Shown: positions 20,245 to 31,261, counted from the first letter of the stretch. The stretch: DNA of 64,000 nt from a virus (IMGVR_UViG_2912838376_000002:64001-128000); one strand, 5' to 3'. Numbers and translations: made by a program. Notes: a model not told the origin generated them from the sequence alone.

Positions 20245-20900
20245 ACCCCTGCTTTTTCTTTGTTTGTATAGCCAATCTTTTCTAACGCTTCGCCAACTAA
20301 TGCAAGTACAGACTCTTTATCTTCTTCGTTGTTTGCAAAATCCAAATTATCTACATTGATTAAGATTTTTGGAGAATGATCATAGTCTTGGTACCATACG
20401 TCATACTTGTCATTTAGTCGTTCCCAATAAGCCATTTCCACTTCGCTTTCAATACCACGGCCACGATTATCAATTCGCTGCTTTGCTACTTCAGCACTAC
20501 ATTGCAGGTAGACTAATAGTTCAGGTGGTTGAGAATGTTCTAGAATTTGGTCTAGTAACTTCTTGTATGTACGATATTCTTCCCATGTCATACCTTCTCC
20601 GCCATCCTCAAGATCTTCAGCTAACATACTTGCAAAGATGTTGTCACCGAAAATTGAGCGGTCTAAAATCCCGTGACCTTCTTCATGAACTTTCTTAATC
20701 ATTTCCCATCGTTCGTTTGCAAAGAAGATTTGTGTTGTAAATGCCCAACGAGTTTTCTTCGCATAGAATCGATTTAATAATCGTTCTGCATCAGGGTTTC
20801 CTAGTTCTTCAAAAATAGGAATGTTAAATCTTTCACTTATTAAATGCGCTAGAGTTGTTTTGCCAGCCCCAACGACTCCATCTACCAATAGAATGGTCAT
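20241..20900 (-). CDS. Deoxynucleoside kinase (dNK)
   Basis: DGVVGAGKTT, DRSIFGD, RIDNRGR and YWERL motifs. Confidence 0.9.
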   Translation of the reverse strand: MTILLVDGVVGAGKTTLAHLISERFNIPIFEELGNPDAERLLNRFYAKKTRWAFTTQIFFANERWEMIKKVHEEGHGILDRSIFGDNIFASMLAEDLEDGGEGMTWEEYRTYKKLLDQILEHSQPPELLVYLQCSAEVAKQRIDNRGRGIESEVEMAYWERLNDKYDVWYQDYDHSPKILINVDNLDFANNEEDKESVLALVGEALEKIGYTNKEKAGV

Positions 20901-21247
20901 CGCCCCATCTCTCTTTTCTTAATTGTTCTTTTTCTTTTCGATATGGAAAAAATATAGTATGGCCAAAGAACAAAACCAAAAAGAAACGTTAGGAATTGAT
21001 ACTTACCTTCATTTGCTTTAAATAGTTTGTACTCGGCCAGTAATTCTCCTTTTTCTACGTACAGATTTTGTAGCTGTGCATAATACTCAGCTCCTTGAGG
21101 AGTTAGCTCATACATAGACACCATCTCACGTAAAAACGTTTCCTTATCCCCTGCTTCTCTAAGCATGGCATAAATACTAATCATATGTTGAAAACCATAA
21201 ACAATACCGACAACAACATACAAGGATATAAGCAATACAGTCCACAT
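20897..21247 (-). CDS. Membrane protein (2 TM)
   Basis: Terminal hydrophobic helices. Confidence 0.6.
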   Translation of the reverse strand: MWTVLLISLYVVVGIVYGFQHMISIYAMLREAGDKETFLREMVSMYELTPQGAEYYAQLQNLYVEKGELLAEYKLFKANEGKYQFLTFLFGFVLWPYYIFSISKRKRTIKKREMGR

Positions 21248-21249
21248 AC

Positions 21250-21624
21250 TTATCTATACCCCTTTTCTTTGCAATATTCGATAAGGTCAGCTTCATCGCC
21301 CATTACAAACATTTCAACGTTGTCTTCAGTTTCCGTATGGATTTCAACTTTATAAACAAACACAACTTGAAAAGGGTTGTCTTCATTCATCCATGCCCCA
21401 ACAGACACAGCAACAAAAGTTCCCGGGGTGTCGTAAGCATCGATAAACTCATCTACCATTGCATTATTGATTTCATGTCCAAATAGATCCGCTAATAGTT
21501 GCTGCGACATTGGAATACCATGATTTAATTTTTCGTTCCAACTATCAAGAATGCAAAGTAATGCTCCATAATTCTTGTTTATATAGCTGAACATTTTCTT
21601 TCGCAAATGAAACTCAGAAATCAA
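21250..21624 (-). CDS. Hypothetical protein
   Basis: Coupled ORF. Confidence 0.6.
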   Translation of the reverse strand: MISEFHLRKKMFSYINKNYGALLCILDSWNEKLNHGIPMSQQLLADLFGHEINNAMVDEFIDAYDTPGTFVAVSVGAWMNEDNPFQVVFVYKVEIHTETEDNVEMFVMGDEADLIEYCKEKGYR

Positions 21625-21917
21625 TACACCACCTCCAATACTCGGTCAGACTGTTCTTTCTCGTAATGCATAATCTCTTCATCAGAAATGCATTCGATTT
21701 CAACTTTAGTAGTTCGGTATCCGTATCCTGGCACATCTTTTATTACGGCATACACTTCATATACCCCGTTACCCAATCCTGGGATAAACGAAACCATTTC
21801 ATGTAACCTTTCTTGAGAACCAAATAAAAACATACGTCCCATTTCTACTTTTACAGCACCTAAGCATATTCGCCCAGGTGTTAAGTCTTCTTCTTTAATA
21901 TCGAAAGAGCAATTCAA
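21621..21917 (-). CDS. Hypothetical protein (G.G.G.Y.V motif)
   Basis: RBS GGGGAG; PGLGNGVYEVY. Confidence 0.55.
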   Translation of the reverse strand: MNCSFDIKEEDLTPGRICLGAVKVEMGRMFLFGSQERLHEMVSFIPGLGNGVYEVYAVIKDVPGYGYRTTKVEIECISDEEIMHYEKEQSDRVLEVVY

Positions 21918-21996
21918 TGTGGTTACTCCCCTTTCATTCTCAGAATGTATCCATTTGATTTTTACTTTGCAACATAAAAATAAAAAAGACCCAGGA

Positions 21997-23523
21997 TTAT
22001 TCTCCTGAATCTTCTATTCGTACAGCTTTTGGGAAACTTAATACAAAAGCCGTTTTACCGTCTGATGTACTTTGAGCAGTTATTTTACCGTTATATATAT
22101 TCATTACTTCTTTAGCGATTGTTAATCCTAATCCAGAACCTTGCTTAGTGTAATCTAAATTCTTACCACGATAATACCTGTCAAAAAGGAAAGGAATTTC
22201 TTTCGGATCAAGAGCAATCCCCTTGTTAATAACCGAAATACAAACCGTATTATCATTAGTTTTAGAAATTACGTTTATCTCAACAGAATTTGAATCAACA
22301 GAGTACTTAACTGCATTGTCGAGGATTGGGTTTATCATTAGGAAGAAATGATTTCGATCTACAAATATCTCGACACCATCTACATCATAACAAATATCAA
22401 AAATAAATTCTGGATATGATTCCGCTTTAAATCTTAACAAGTAATTAATTAAGTCTTTTACTTTATAATAATTTGCACTATCAATATTCGATATTTGTTT
22501 TAATCGAGCCAGTTCCAAGATGGTTGACATAATTGATGTAACCCTAGCGATGTTGTCTTCTATAGCAAGTAATTTCTCATCAACTAAATCTTTATCCTCT
22601 CTACCATAAAACTTAATCATATCTACAGACTGTTTTATTGCAGTAAGGTATGTTTTTACCTCATGTGATACATCTTGCATGGAGTTTAAATTGTTCTGTA
22701 CAAGTTCATTCATTCTATCTAAAACAGCATTAAAACGATTAACAATTTTAGATATTTCTTCTCCATACAAAGGGTCCTCGATTTTTGTTTGATAATTATT
22801 AACTATTACATCGTCAAAACTATTATCAATTGCCTTTTGTAGTGGTCGAAATATAAATTTTAAACCCGCCAATGCTGATATAACTGCAAAGAAAAGAAAC
22901 CAAATAAACATGTACAGAGCACTCTCTAAGCCTGTCATTATTTGCATTTTCAAATTCGTCGTTATATCTCTTTTTATAGTTACCACATCAACATGATTTT
23001 CATGCTTGAAGGAATAAGAGACAATGCCGTATGCCTTGTTTTGTTCGTCAAGATAAAAATTGTACTGAGCATTTTCTGCAGCAGAGTCCATTTTTTTCAT
23101 ATGTGTTTTAATGGAATCAAAAAAAGTTGGAACAAATAAAGTTAAGAGTTGAGACCCAAACATATCAAAAGTATTATTTTGATCTGCAGGAGAGTAATAA
23201 TTATATTCTCCAATTCCAGTTTGACCAATTTTAACTTTTATTGCTTCGCCTGGGTAACTCAAATACCGAAAGAAATTGTCATCAACTTGTTGTTTTCCTC
23301 CACCATCTTGTATCGATTCTAGCTTTTGTTGTATTTTCTCGACCCTAGAAAACATTGCCTCATATTCTCTTTGAGTTGTTAATTGTAATTCGTTGTACAT
23401 AGAAAATAAATTAACTGGTACTGCTGAAATAAAAATAAGTGCGATAGTGAATGAAACAACTTGAACACGTAATTTGTCGCGCTTTACAAAATTTCTGAGG
23501 AATTTCCTAATCCTGCTTCTCAT
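21997..23523 (-). CDS. Membrane sensor histidine kinase 2 (HAMP-HisKA-HATPase)
   Basis: 2 TM; H-box DVSHEVKT, N-box LDNAVKY, F-box FDRYYR, G2 GSGLGL. Confidence 0.92.
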   Translation of the reverse strand: MRSRIRKFLRNFVKRDKLRVQVVSFTIALIFISAVPVNLFSMYNELQLTTQREYEAMFSRVEKIQQKLESIQDGGGKQQVDDNFFRYLSYPGEAIKVKIGQTGIGEYNYYSPADQNNTFDMFGSQLLTLFVPTFFDSIKTHMKKMDSAAENAQYNFYLDEQNKAYGIVSYSFKHENHVDVVTIKRDITTNLKMQIMTGLESALYMFIWFLFFAVISALAGLKFIFRPLQKAIDNSFDDVIVNNYQTKIEDPLYGEEISKIVNRFNAVLDRMNELVQNNLNSMQDVSHEVKTYLTAIKQSVDMIKFYGREDKDLVDEKLLAIEDNIARVTSIMSTILELARLKQISNIDSANYYKVKDLINYLLRFKAESYPEFIFDICYDVDGVEIFVDRNHFFLMINPILDNAVKYSVDSNSVEINVISKTNDNTVCISVINKGIALDPKEIPFLFDRYYRGKNLDYTKQGSGLGLTIAKEVMNIYNGKITAQSTSDGKTAFVLSFPKAVRIEDSGE

Positions 23524-25016
23524 TAGGCATCCCCCTCTCCTGATACAATAGGTATAACTAATGTGAATACAGTTTTTCCATCTGTGTTGCTTTCTACATT
23601 TATTGCACCATTGTATATATCCATCACTTTTTTAGATATGGTTAAACCTAGTCCAGATCCTTTTATTGAGCTATCAAAATTTCTTCCTCTGTAATACCTA
23701 TTAAATAAAAATGGGATTTCTTCTTCTTTAATTTGGAATCCCCAACTAATCACATCCACGTATAAACAGCTTGGACATCCGACATCCTTAATATGAACAA
23801 TAACTTCATTGCTATGCACTGAATACCTAACTGCATTCTCAATAATAGGATTTAAAGCTAATAAAAAATGTTGCTTGTTGATACTTATAATAGGTTCTTC
23901 TACGTCACACTTACTAACAAAATCAAATTCCGGAAAAATCTTTCTCGTATATTCAAGGTATTCATCAATTAATTCTTTTACATTTTCTGTTTCTGTAGAA
24001 GAGAATTGGGCTCCGCGATCTAACTTTGCCAAATCAAGAATTGTAGACATAACTTTTGTAATTTGATCAATGTTATCATCTATCGATTTCAGTTTTTTCT
24101 CCACAGTTTGCTTGTCATCTGTTCCAAAAAATCTTAGTACATCAACAGACTGTTTGATTGATGTTAATTTATTGTTTACCTCATGAGAAACATCCTGCAT
24201 TGATTCTATATTAACTTCAATAATCTTTTGCATTCGCTCTAAAATGTCGTTTATTTTATGTTTAACACCACTAATTTCTTTTCCATATACGCCCGTTATT
24301 TCTATCCTAGTTTTATAATCTGTTTCTTCCAGCTCAGAAAACGTCTTATCAAGAGCATTTCCAAGTAGACGAAATACTAAGCCAAGACCAAAATAAGAAA
24401 ATATACTTGAACAGATAACAATGTATAACAAGCTCACACAAAAAATTTGTTGATATTTCTCTAAAGGCTTCACAACGGTTGGTGTAATATTTCGTTTTAC
24501 CAAAATTGAATCCGTATGATTAAAATGTTTAAAAGAATATTTATAATTCATATAATGAAGGCCACTTGTTTCGTCTTTGTGAACTGATATATTGCCTACT
24601 TTTTTTATATCATCTTTATATCTGCCAGCTAAAAACTCTATTAGAGAAGATGCAATTTTAGCATTTGTATCATTCACTAAATCCTTTTCCTCGTTTTCTT
24701 TACCATAGAAAACACGCTTGGTGCGGTCATCTGTAGATGAAACTGTTATTTCTTCACCTTTAGCTGTAATGCCCTCGAAAAATTCAGGAGAAATCTTACT
24801 GACTCCTCCAACCTCCCATACCTCATTTTCAATTTGAACAGCACGATACTTCATTCGATTGTAAACCTCTTCCCCATCATTTAGAATATCAAAAATGAGG
24901 AACCATAGTAAAATAGGCATTGTAACAAAGGTGACAGCAAGTACTGCTATTGCCGTCAACTTTGTACGTAACCTATTCTCTTTTACTCTTCTAAGAATTA
25001 AAGATTTCAAGGACAT
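23523..25016 (-). CDS. Membrane sensor histidine kinase 1
   Basis: 2 TM; DVSHEVNN, IENAVRY, FNRYYR, GSGLGL. Confidence 0.92.
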   Translation of the reverse strand: MSLKSLILRRVKENRLRTKLTAIAVLAVTFVTMPILLWFLIFDILNDGEEVYNRMKYRAVQIENEVWEVGGVSKISPEFFEGITAKGEEITVSSTDDRTKRVFYGKENEEKDLVNDTNAKIASSLIEFLAGRYKDDIKKVGNISVHKDETSGLHYMNYKYSFKHFNHTDSILVKRNITPTVVKPLEKYQQIFCVSLLYIVICSSIFSYFGLGLVFRLLGNALDKTFSELEETDYKTRIEITGVYGKEISGVKHKINDILERMQKIIEVNIESMQDVSHEVNNKLTSIKQSVDVLRFFGTDDKQTVEKKLKSIDDNIDQITKVMSTILDLAKLDRGAQFSSTETENVKELIDEYLEYTRKIFPEFDFVSKCDVEEPIISINKQHFLLALNPIIENAVRYSVHSNEVIVHIKDVGCPSCLYVDVISWGFQIKEEEIPFLFNRYYRGRNFDSSIKGSGLGLTISKKVMDIYNGAINVESNTDGKTVFTLVIPIVSGEGDA

Positions 25017-25698
25017 AACCTTTACCTCGAACTGTTTTGATTATGTCGATACCGATTGAGTTTCTCAATCTTCGAATATTTACTTCTAAGGTGTTTGTTT
25101 CTTGTAATTCTGAAGGATCATATCCCCAGATATTCTTGTACAATTCTTCCTTAGAAATAATTTTACCTTTGTGAGTAATAAAGTATTGCAGTAGCTCAAA
25201 AAGTTGATTTGTTAAATGAACTTGTTTACCATCAACAGTTACCTTATGCGTTAATAAATTAATTTCAATATTTCCGCATTGTGTAACTCCACCATTTGAA
25301 GATTCCTTGATACTAGTTCGTCGTAAGACTGTTCGAATTCTTGCTAAAAGAACCGTTAAATCATATGGTTTTGTAATATAATCTTCCGCTCCCATATCTA
25401 AACCTTGCATAATGTCTAGTGGTTCGTTTCTTGACGTTAGAAGAAGGTATGGGACGGTTTTGTTTTGATTTACCAACCTTGCAACCTCAAGACCATTTGA
25501 AATACGAGAATTTAATCCGGCTACAGTTTGTTTTAACATGACATCTAATATCATTAAATGATAGTTATTTGACAGTGCAGCATTAACAGCTTCAACACCC
25601 GTAGTAAACCAATCCACATCGTAATTTTCGCTTTTTAAAATCATTTCAAGTGTGCTACCAATTTCATATTCATCTTCCAGTAATAATATTTTATACAA
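24991..25698 (-). CDS. OmpR/PhoB-family response regulator
   Basis: LLEDE, ILDVM (phospho-Asp), DYITKPY, winged helix TVRGKGY. Confidence 0.93.
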   Translation of the reverse strand: MYKILLLEDEYEIGSTLEMILKSENYDVDWFTTGVEAVNAALSNNYHLMILDVMLKQTVAGLNSRISNGLEVARLVNQNKTVPYLLLTSRNEPLDIMQGLDMGAEDYITKPYDLTVLLARIRTVLRRTSIKESSNGGVTQCGNIEINLLTHKVTVDGKQVHLTNQLFELLQYFITHKGKIISKEELYKNIWGYDPSELQETNTLEVNIRRLRNSIGIDIIKTVRGKGYVLEIFNS

Positions 25699-25773
25699 AT
25701 TTATTACCTCCTACAGGATTTTCGTGTGCAAAGTATTTTAGCGCAACATGAATAATCCTGCAAGAAGAATAAA

Positions 25774-26721
25774 CTAAATGGTAGTCGAATCTAATTTTCC
25801 ATAAGTTTTCTTTTTATATGTAATGCAATCAATCTCTGTAAAAGATACTTCGTTATCATATCGTCCAACCTTGTATGTACTATCCCAAAGTCTAACGTTG
25901 TTTTCAACTCTTATAGTTGTCCCATCTTTTTTAGTAACATTTACAGTAACCGCACTAGATAAATCTTCTTTTAGAATACGGAATAGTTCTATGTTTCGCT
26001 TCATATCTTCGCTTTTGTCGTACTCGTCAAATTTCTGTTCAACAAACTCAAGAACCTCTGCGTATTTGTCTATATTTATATTCTGCAAACCATCTTTTAT
26101 AATATCTTCTCCACGGATATATTTAATCATGTATTTCAATTTTCCATTGTTATTGAAAGTTTTAACTAGTTCTGTATTCCTACTAATGAAATCAATAGGT
26201 TTCTTTCCATTCACATACCAATCGAAAACTGAACTTTCATAATCATACCCCTCGCCAGGTTCAATACCTATCATTCTCTTCATTGCAACTGCTTCTTTTA
26301 ACGCTTTCTGAAGATGCTCCTCCATCTCCATAACTAATTCTTCTGCAATATATATCTTCATATCTTCAACCAATGGACTAAGTTCTTTTGAACGATAATC
26401 AGAAGAAAATATAATAACATCCTTATCTACCAGGTAAACACCATCAACTTCTAAATGATTATTAAATCTGCCAAAGCTATTAGCTGTGTAAATATCCTTA
26501 TTGTATCTGATGATAACAAACGGAATTACTTTAGCATCTTTTACAGCTAGCTTTAAGATTGCCACTTCCTCAAACCTATCAGATGAGTATGTTGATGCAA
26601 CCTGACATTCCCATACAGACTCTTTATCTTTTGTAACAAAGGCCCTGAAATTTTGTTCAGTAAATATAGGATACAATGATTTCTCTTTTAATGCCTTACT
26701 CATTTTTTCCACCTCATCCAT
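25774..26721 (-). CDS. Hypothetical protein
   Basis: 315-aa ORF (start may be ATG at 26703). Confidence 0.65.
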   Translation of the reverse strand: MDEVEKMSKALKEKSLYPIFTEQNFRAFVTKDKESVWECQVASTYSSDRFEEVAILKLAVKDAKVIPFVIIRYNKDIYTANSFGRFNNHLEVDGVYLVDKDVIIFSSDYRSKELSPLVEDMKIYIAEELVMEMEEHLQKALKEAVAMKRMIGIEPGEGYDYESSVFDWYVNGKKPIDFISRNTELVKTFNNNGKLKYMIKYIRGEDIIKDGLQNINIDKYAEVLEFVEQKFDEYDKSEDMKRNIELFRILKEDLSSAVTVNVTKKDGTTIRVENNVRLWDSTYKVGRYDNEVSFTEIDCITYKKKTYGKLDSTTI

Positions 26722-26764
26722 AATTTTTATAATACAAAAAAAGAGAGGGTGTTAACCCTCTCCT

Positions 26765-27313
26765 TTACTTAGCGATGAATCGCTGAACTTTAATTACGTT
26801 TTTCATTTCAATACGTGGCGTTACGCCTTGAATATAATCCGGATTAAATCCGATCCAATCTTGATCTGCTTTTTTTAACCAATCAAAATCAAAGATATTA
26901 GACCATGTAGCTATCATTTGTTCTTCAGAATAACCTTCTTCCTCTAATCGGTTATCCTCTTCTTCTGTTTGAGTTAAGATCCATTTATTTAAAACATAAT
27001 GCCAAGAATCGAAACACGACCAAAGGATATATTTCTCTGGTATATCCATTGTAAGAATAACACCCTTTTGACCAGTAGGTAATAAAGCAGGTCTGTTTCT
27101 GTCAGGCATCTTATTCCATAACCAAACAGGATAAGTAGAACCATCACAATCAGGAATTCTTTCCTTCATTTGCTCCATCATCCATGCATATGCAGATTTG
27201 AATTCTGGCCATACATGTTCTTCACTTCCAGAATAAAAACCATCTTTTCTCATTTGTTGATAAATGTGCAGCGGTTGCACTGTATATACTATCAAATAAG
27301 CACTTCCAATCAT
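26765..27313 (-). CDS. DUF3841-like protein
   Basis: AYAWMMEQM..RI, YPVWLW, FDSWHYVLN and IQG motifs. Confidence 0.65.
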   Translation of the reverse strand: MIGSAYLIVYTVQPLHIYQQMRKDGFYSGSEEHVWPEFKSAYAWMMEQMKERIPDCDGSTYPVWLWNKMPDRNRPALLPTGQKGVILTMDIPEKYILWSCFDSWHYVLNKWILTQTEEEDNRLEEEGYSEEQMIATWSNIFDFDWLKKADQDWIGFNPDYIQGVTPRIEMKNVIKVQRFIAK

Positions 27314-27378
27314 GAAAAATTATCTTCCTATTATAATATAGGAAAAAACAAAAGCCCATCTTTTTGGATGGGCCATTT

Positions 27379-29166
27379 TTATGCAGCTTTTGAAACAGGT
27401 TTCTTTTTAATAGAAGCAATCAATCCGTTCATCATACTTCGTTCAGATTGATTTCGTTCAATAACTGCTACACCAAGCTTACGTTTTTCCTCTAATGTAT
27501 CTTGGATTTTTTCATCAATTGTGCCTAGTGTTACTAAACTAATAATATCAACTACATTATGTGTAGAACCAATACGGTGTACACGCCCCGCTCTTTGTTC
27601 AAAGGTAGCTGGATTCCAAGGAGAATCATAGTTGACAAGCGTGTTAGCGAATTGGATATTCAAACCGTAGTTCCCCGCATCTGTTAACACAAAGAATTTG
27701 TACTCAGGATTTGTCCTAAACGTTTCTAGCTGTTCTTGTCGTTGAGCAGAGGACATTGATCCATTTAGTAACGCTACTTTGCCTAAGTTACTCAGCTCTT
27801 GCTCTATAAGGGTTTGCATTTTAGCAAATTGAGTAAAGATGACAATTTTATTTATGCCTGCTTCCATACGTTCTTTACATATATCCACAAGCTCAGTTAG
27901 TTTTGGAGACTTAACGTTTTCCGGAATATATTCTAGATAATGCTTAGACATACCACTCTGCCCCATTAGTAATAAAGCAGGATGATCTGATGAAGCAACC
28001 ATCATATATAAGTACCCTAATACTTGATCTTCCTTCTTGCGTTTCTCTTCAACCCAATTGCCTTCTTGGTCATATTGGCCATCCACTTGCTGGGAAGACA
28101 ACTCTTCTAATAGAGTTAGAAAATCTTCCTGAATCTTGTTGTATAGATTAGCTTGAGCGTTATTCATTTCAACATCTCGACGATGGAAAATCATTGGTGG
28201 TAAATCTTTTGCAACGTCTTTCTTTAATCGACGTAACATGTAAGGAGAAATAATACGACGAAGTTCACCCAATCGCTTGTTTCCAATCGGAACAAAACGA
28301 CGACCAAACTTAGAAGCATAAACAATGTATTTCTTTCTGAATTCGGTAACCTTACCTAATAACCCTGGCTGCACCCATTCAACTAAAGCATATAGTTCTT
28401 CTACATTATTCTGAAGTGGTGTACCAGTACTTGCGAATCGGTATGTAGAAGGTAATGAATTAACAGCTTTATAGGTAATTGAGCCTCTATTTTTTAATCG
28501 ATGCGCTTCATCAGCAATAATTACATCATAATGGAATTCCTTCATCATATCGCTCATGCTACGGACTAATTCATAATTGACGATACCGAATAAGTAGTCA
28601 CCATTAATGAATTTAAGAAAGGCTTTGTTCTTCTCTTTTGTATTTTTCCCATCAATAACAATGTTGGTATGTCCAAGAAACTTTTCAATTTCTGAAGACC
28701 ACTGATACTTCAATGAAGACGGACAAATAACGAGAACCTTTTTTACTTTCCCTTGCTTCCACAACATGTGAGCAGCACCCATTGTTTGCACCGTTTTCCC
28801 TAATCCCATATCATCTCCTATAATACCGCTTTTGACATGAGTTAAGAATGAGATACCTTGCTGCTGAAACTCATAGGGTTGTAATTTAAAATCTGAGAAA
28901 TCATCTAACATAGGGAACTCAGGAAGTAAAACTTCTTGAATCCCCTTAATACTTTCAATAGTTGTGTGCCAAGCGGTTATATCCTCGTAGCGTTCAACAA
29001 AGGCGTCTACATGACGTTTTGGAACCATCCACTTATAATCCTGCTCAATATAATATGCACCCGGTAGTGACCTCATGAAGTCCGTATATTCGCGGAACAT
29101 TTGAGTAGATAGTTTCGTTTCAATACGAATGTCTAATTGGTCACCCTGTAAACGGAGTGAAAACAA
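27379..29166 (-). CDS. SNF2-family (SF2) helicase/ATPase
   Basis: DDMGLGKT, DEAH, TGTPLQN, RRLK, GLN and QRAGRVHRIG. Confidence 0.93.
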   Translation of the reverse strand: MFSLRLQGDQLDIRIETKLSTQMFREYTDFMRSLPGAYYIEQDYKWMVPKRHVDAFVERYEDITAWHTTIESIKGIQEVLLPEFPMLDDFSDFKLQPYEFQQQGISFLTHVKSGIIGDDMGLGKTVQTMGAAHMLWKQGKVKKVLVICPSSLKYQWSSEIEKFLGHTNIVIDGKNTKEKNKAFLKFINGDYLFGIVNYELVRSMSDMMKEFHYDVIIADEAHRLKNRGSITYKAVNSLPSTYRFASTGTPLQNNVEELYALVEWVQPGLLGKVTEFRKKYIVYASKFGRRFVPIGNKRLGELRRIISPYMLRRLKKDVAKDLPPMIFHRRDVEMNNAQANLYNKIQEDFLTLLEELSSQQVDGQYDQEGNWVEEKRKKEDQVLGYLYMMVASSDHPALLLMGQSGMSKHYLEYIPENVKSPKLTELVDICKERMEAGINKIVIFTQFAKMQTLIEQELSNLGKVALLNGSMSSAQRQEQLETFRTNPEYKFFVLTDAGNYGLNIQFANTLVNYDSPWNPATFEQRAGRVHRIGSTHNVVDIISLVTLGTIDEKIQDTLEEKRKLGVAVIERNQSERSMMNGLIASIKKKPVSKAA

Positions 29167-29190
29167 TAGCGGGACCCTCCTATTCGATTG

Positions 29191-29982
29191 TTAGTTAAGA
29201 AACTCTATCTTTATATCTCTTCTTCCGAAGTCATACATTCGGTCTGCATCTGTCATGTAAATATCCACTATGTTGCCTTTGATAGCCCCACCACGGTCTT
29301 CTACTGTGTAGATACCGTTGATAGATGGATAAGATTCACACGTGATTCTTACTTTTGTACCAAATGGAACTGAACGGTCCATAGCGATCATACCCGGTTG
29401 TACTTTTTTACCTGAAGCAGTAAGACCTGTTACTCCTGGTTCATTTATCATATAAGCAGTACCAACACCCATAATTGTTTTAGAAACACCAGCATTATCA
29501 CCAGTATCCTTTGCAGGAGCTGGGGTTGGAGCAGCGCTAGGAGTTGGATTAGAAACCGAAGTAGGTTTCACGTTGTCTGATTTTGGCTTATCAGACTTTA
29601 CTGGCCTGGCAGACTCCTTCGCTTCGCGTACTTGCTTAGCTAGTTCTGCATTCTCTGCTTGAAGTTTTTGATTATCTTCTAGAGACTTTTGCTTTTCTTG
29701 CTCAATAGCTTCCTTGCTATGTTTTAGTTCTTCCAGTTCAACTGAAAGCTGTTCTGTAGCAGATTGAATTTGCTTCTTCTGCTCTTCTAGCGTTTTGTTG
29801 TTTTCTTTAGCGGTTTTCAATTCTTGGACAGTTTGGTTGTGATTTTTTTCTAAGGCTGTTACTTCTTTGTTTAGTTCTTGAATCTCGTGAAATTGAAATC
29901 CTACGCCGCTAGCCACTACGATCGCTGCTGTTGCTTTCAAACAGTTTTGTATTACTTTGCCCTTTGTGATTTTTTGTTTCAT
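29191..29982 (-). CDS. Exported coiled-coil protein with 3D (MltA-like) peptidoglycan domain
   Basis: Signal/anchor, coiled coil, TAY..TASG, IAMD, EDRGGAIKGNIVDIY. Confidence 0.88.
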   Translation of the reverse strand: MKQKITKGKVIQNCLKATAAIVVASGVGFQFHEIQELNKEVTALEKNHNQTVQELKTAKENNKTLEEQKKQIQSATEQLSVELEELKHSKEAIEQEKQKSLEDNQKLQAENAELAKQVREAKESARPVKSDKPKSDNVKPTSVSNPTPSAAPTPAPAKDTGDNAGVSKTIMGVGTAYMINEPGVTGLTASGKKVQPGMIAMDRSVPFGTKVRITCESYPSINGIYTVEDRGGAIKGNIVDIYMTDADRMYDFGRRDIKIEFLN

Positions 29983-30110
29983 GTTGAATCAAATCCTCTC
30001 ATCGTTGTATTTCTGCTGTAACATGAGTGAGAAGATTACTAGTTTATTGGTATGGAGAAATAAAAAAAGAGCCCTCTAAAAAAGATTGGACTCTTTATAT
30101 ATTGGCTTTC

Positions 30111-30365
30111 TTATTCTTTTACTTCAGGAAATTCTTTTTTTTCGAACCATTGGTGACGACAAGCACGCTTTAAGCATGTGTACTTAATTCTTGTCTTCCA
30201 CTCATCTTTATAAGCACGAGGGTTTTGGCACTCAGGGCATGTATTCTCGACGTAACGATCTTTGTATGTATTACCCTTGGTCTTGTGTCCTCTTGATTGT
30301 GCATTGTATGATACGATTTGTTTGTTCTCCATATAAACTACCTCACCTCTACGCAATGTTTGCAA
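30111..30365 (-). CDS. Small zinc-ribbon protein (start probably ATG about 30332)
   Basis: CPEC...CLKRAC. Confidence 0.6.
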   Translation of the reverse strand: MQTLRRGEVVYMENKQIVSYNAQSRGHKTKGNTYKDRYVENTCPECQNPRAYKDEWKTRIKYTCLKRACRHQWFEKKEFPEVKE

Positions 30366-30470
30366 CAGTTGTTTCTACCTTAAAAACCATTTAAATTACA
30401 ATATAAAATGTCCAAGTAGAAACATAAGCACTTACACATCGATTTGGCAAGTGCTTATTGTTATCTATTT

Positions 30471-31064
30471 TTATTTTTTCTTGTTGTAGTGTTCTAAAAG
30501 GTCGTAGAGAAGTGACAAACGCTTTTCTTCGAAGATTTGCGTGAGTTTGAAGTCGTTCTTAACTGCTTCTACATGGTCGATGTCTCCAGCAACTAAGTGC
30601 TCGATATCTTCCATAATTGTAACTAGTTCTTTGTGAGCAGTCCCAAATTTCTCTTCAAAATCTTTTGCAAAAAGAATAGGGAATGAAGCATAGATACGAT
30701 TAAATTCATTTATCATATGACGATGAATATATAACATATACTCCTTCATTTTTCGAATCTCTTGTAAGCCGATAGATACGGCTCTGGATTCTTGTTCTCT
30801 ATTAATAGGAGGTAAAGGCACTCTTCCTGCAAATTGCTCCCACTGTTCATCCCCAATAGAAAGAGGAATATAGTTCTCAGCTGCTTTCTCCGCTTCTTCA
30901 TGAGAAAGTGTGTTGTTCTCTTCTTCCCCGAATAGAACATCTTCTAATTTATTTTCTGGTTGATGGACTACAGCATCAGGCTCTTTCTTGTTACCGTCTA
31001 ATAGTCCACCAAAAGTTTCTTGAAATACATCTAATTTTTTTTCTGATTTTTCATTGTTTGACAT
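30471..31064 (-). CDS. Hypothetical protein
   Basis: RBS; 197 aa. Confidence 0.65.
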   Translation of the reverse strand: MSNNEKSEKKLDVFQETFGGLLDGNKKEPDAVVHQPENKLEDVLFGEEENNTLSHEEAEKAAENYIPLSIGDEQWEQFAGRVPLPPINREQESRAVSIGLQEIRKMKEYMLYIHRHMINEFNRIYASFPILFAKDFEEKFGTAHKELVTIMEDIEHLVAGDIDHVEAVKNDFKLTQIFEEKRLSLLYDLLEHYNKKK

Positions 31065-31069
31065 TGTGT

Positions 31070-31261
31070 TTACTCCCTTATTATATGAATGAGTTTATTG
31101 CAATTTGAACATGTATAACGGATCTCGTTTTTTTCAGGGAGCTCATTAAAACCTACTACTTTTTTAGCCGAATCTTTTTCATAGTTTGCAAGAACGTAAA
31201 TCTCTTTTTTTAGATACGCACTATCACATTCGCACCTTGTAAATTCTTCGTGAAATCTCAT
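31070..31261 (-). CDS. Small zinc-ribbon protein
   Basis: CEC...CSNC. Confidence 0.6.
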   Translation of the reverse strand: MRFHEEFTRCECDSAYLKKEIYVLANYEKDSAKKVVGFNELPEKNEIRYTCSNCNKLIHIIRE

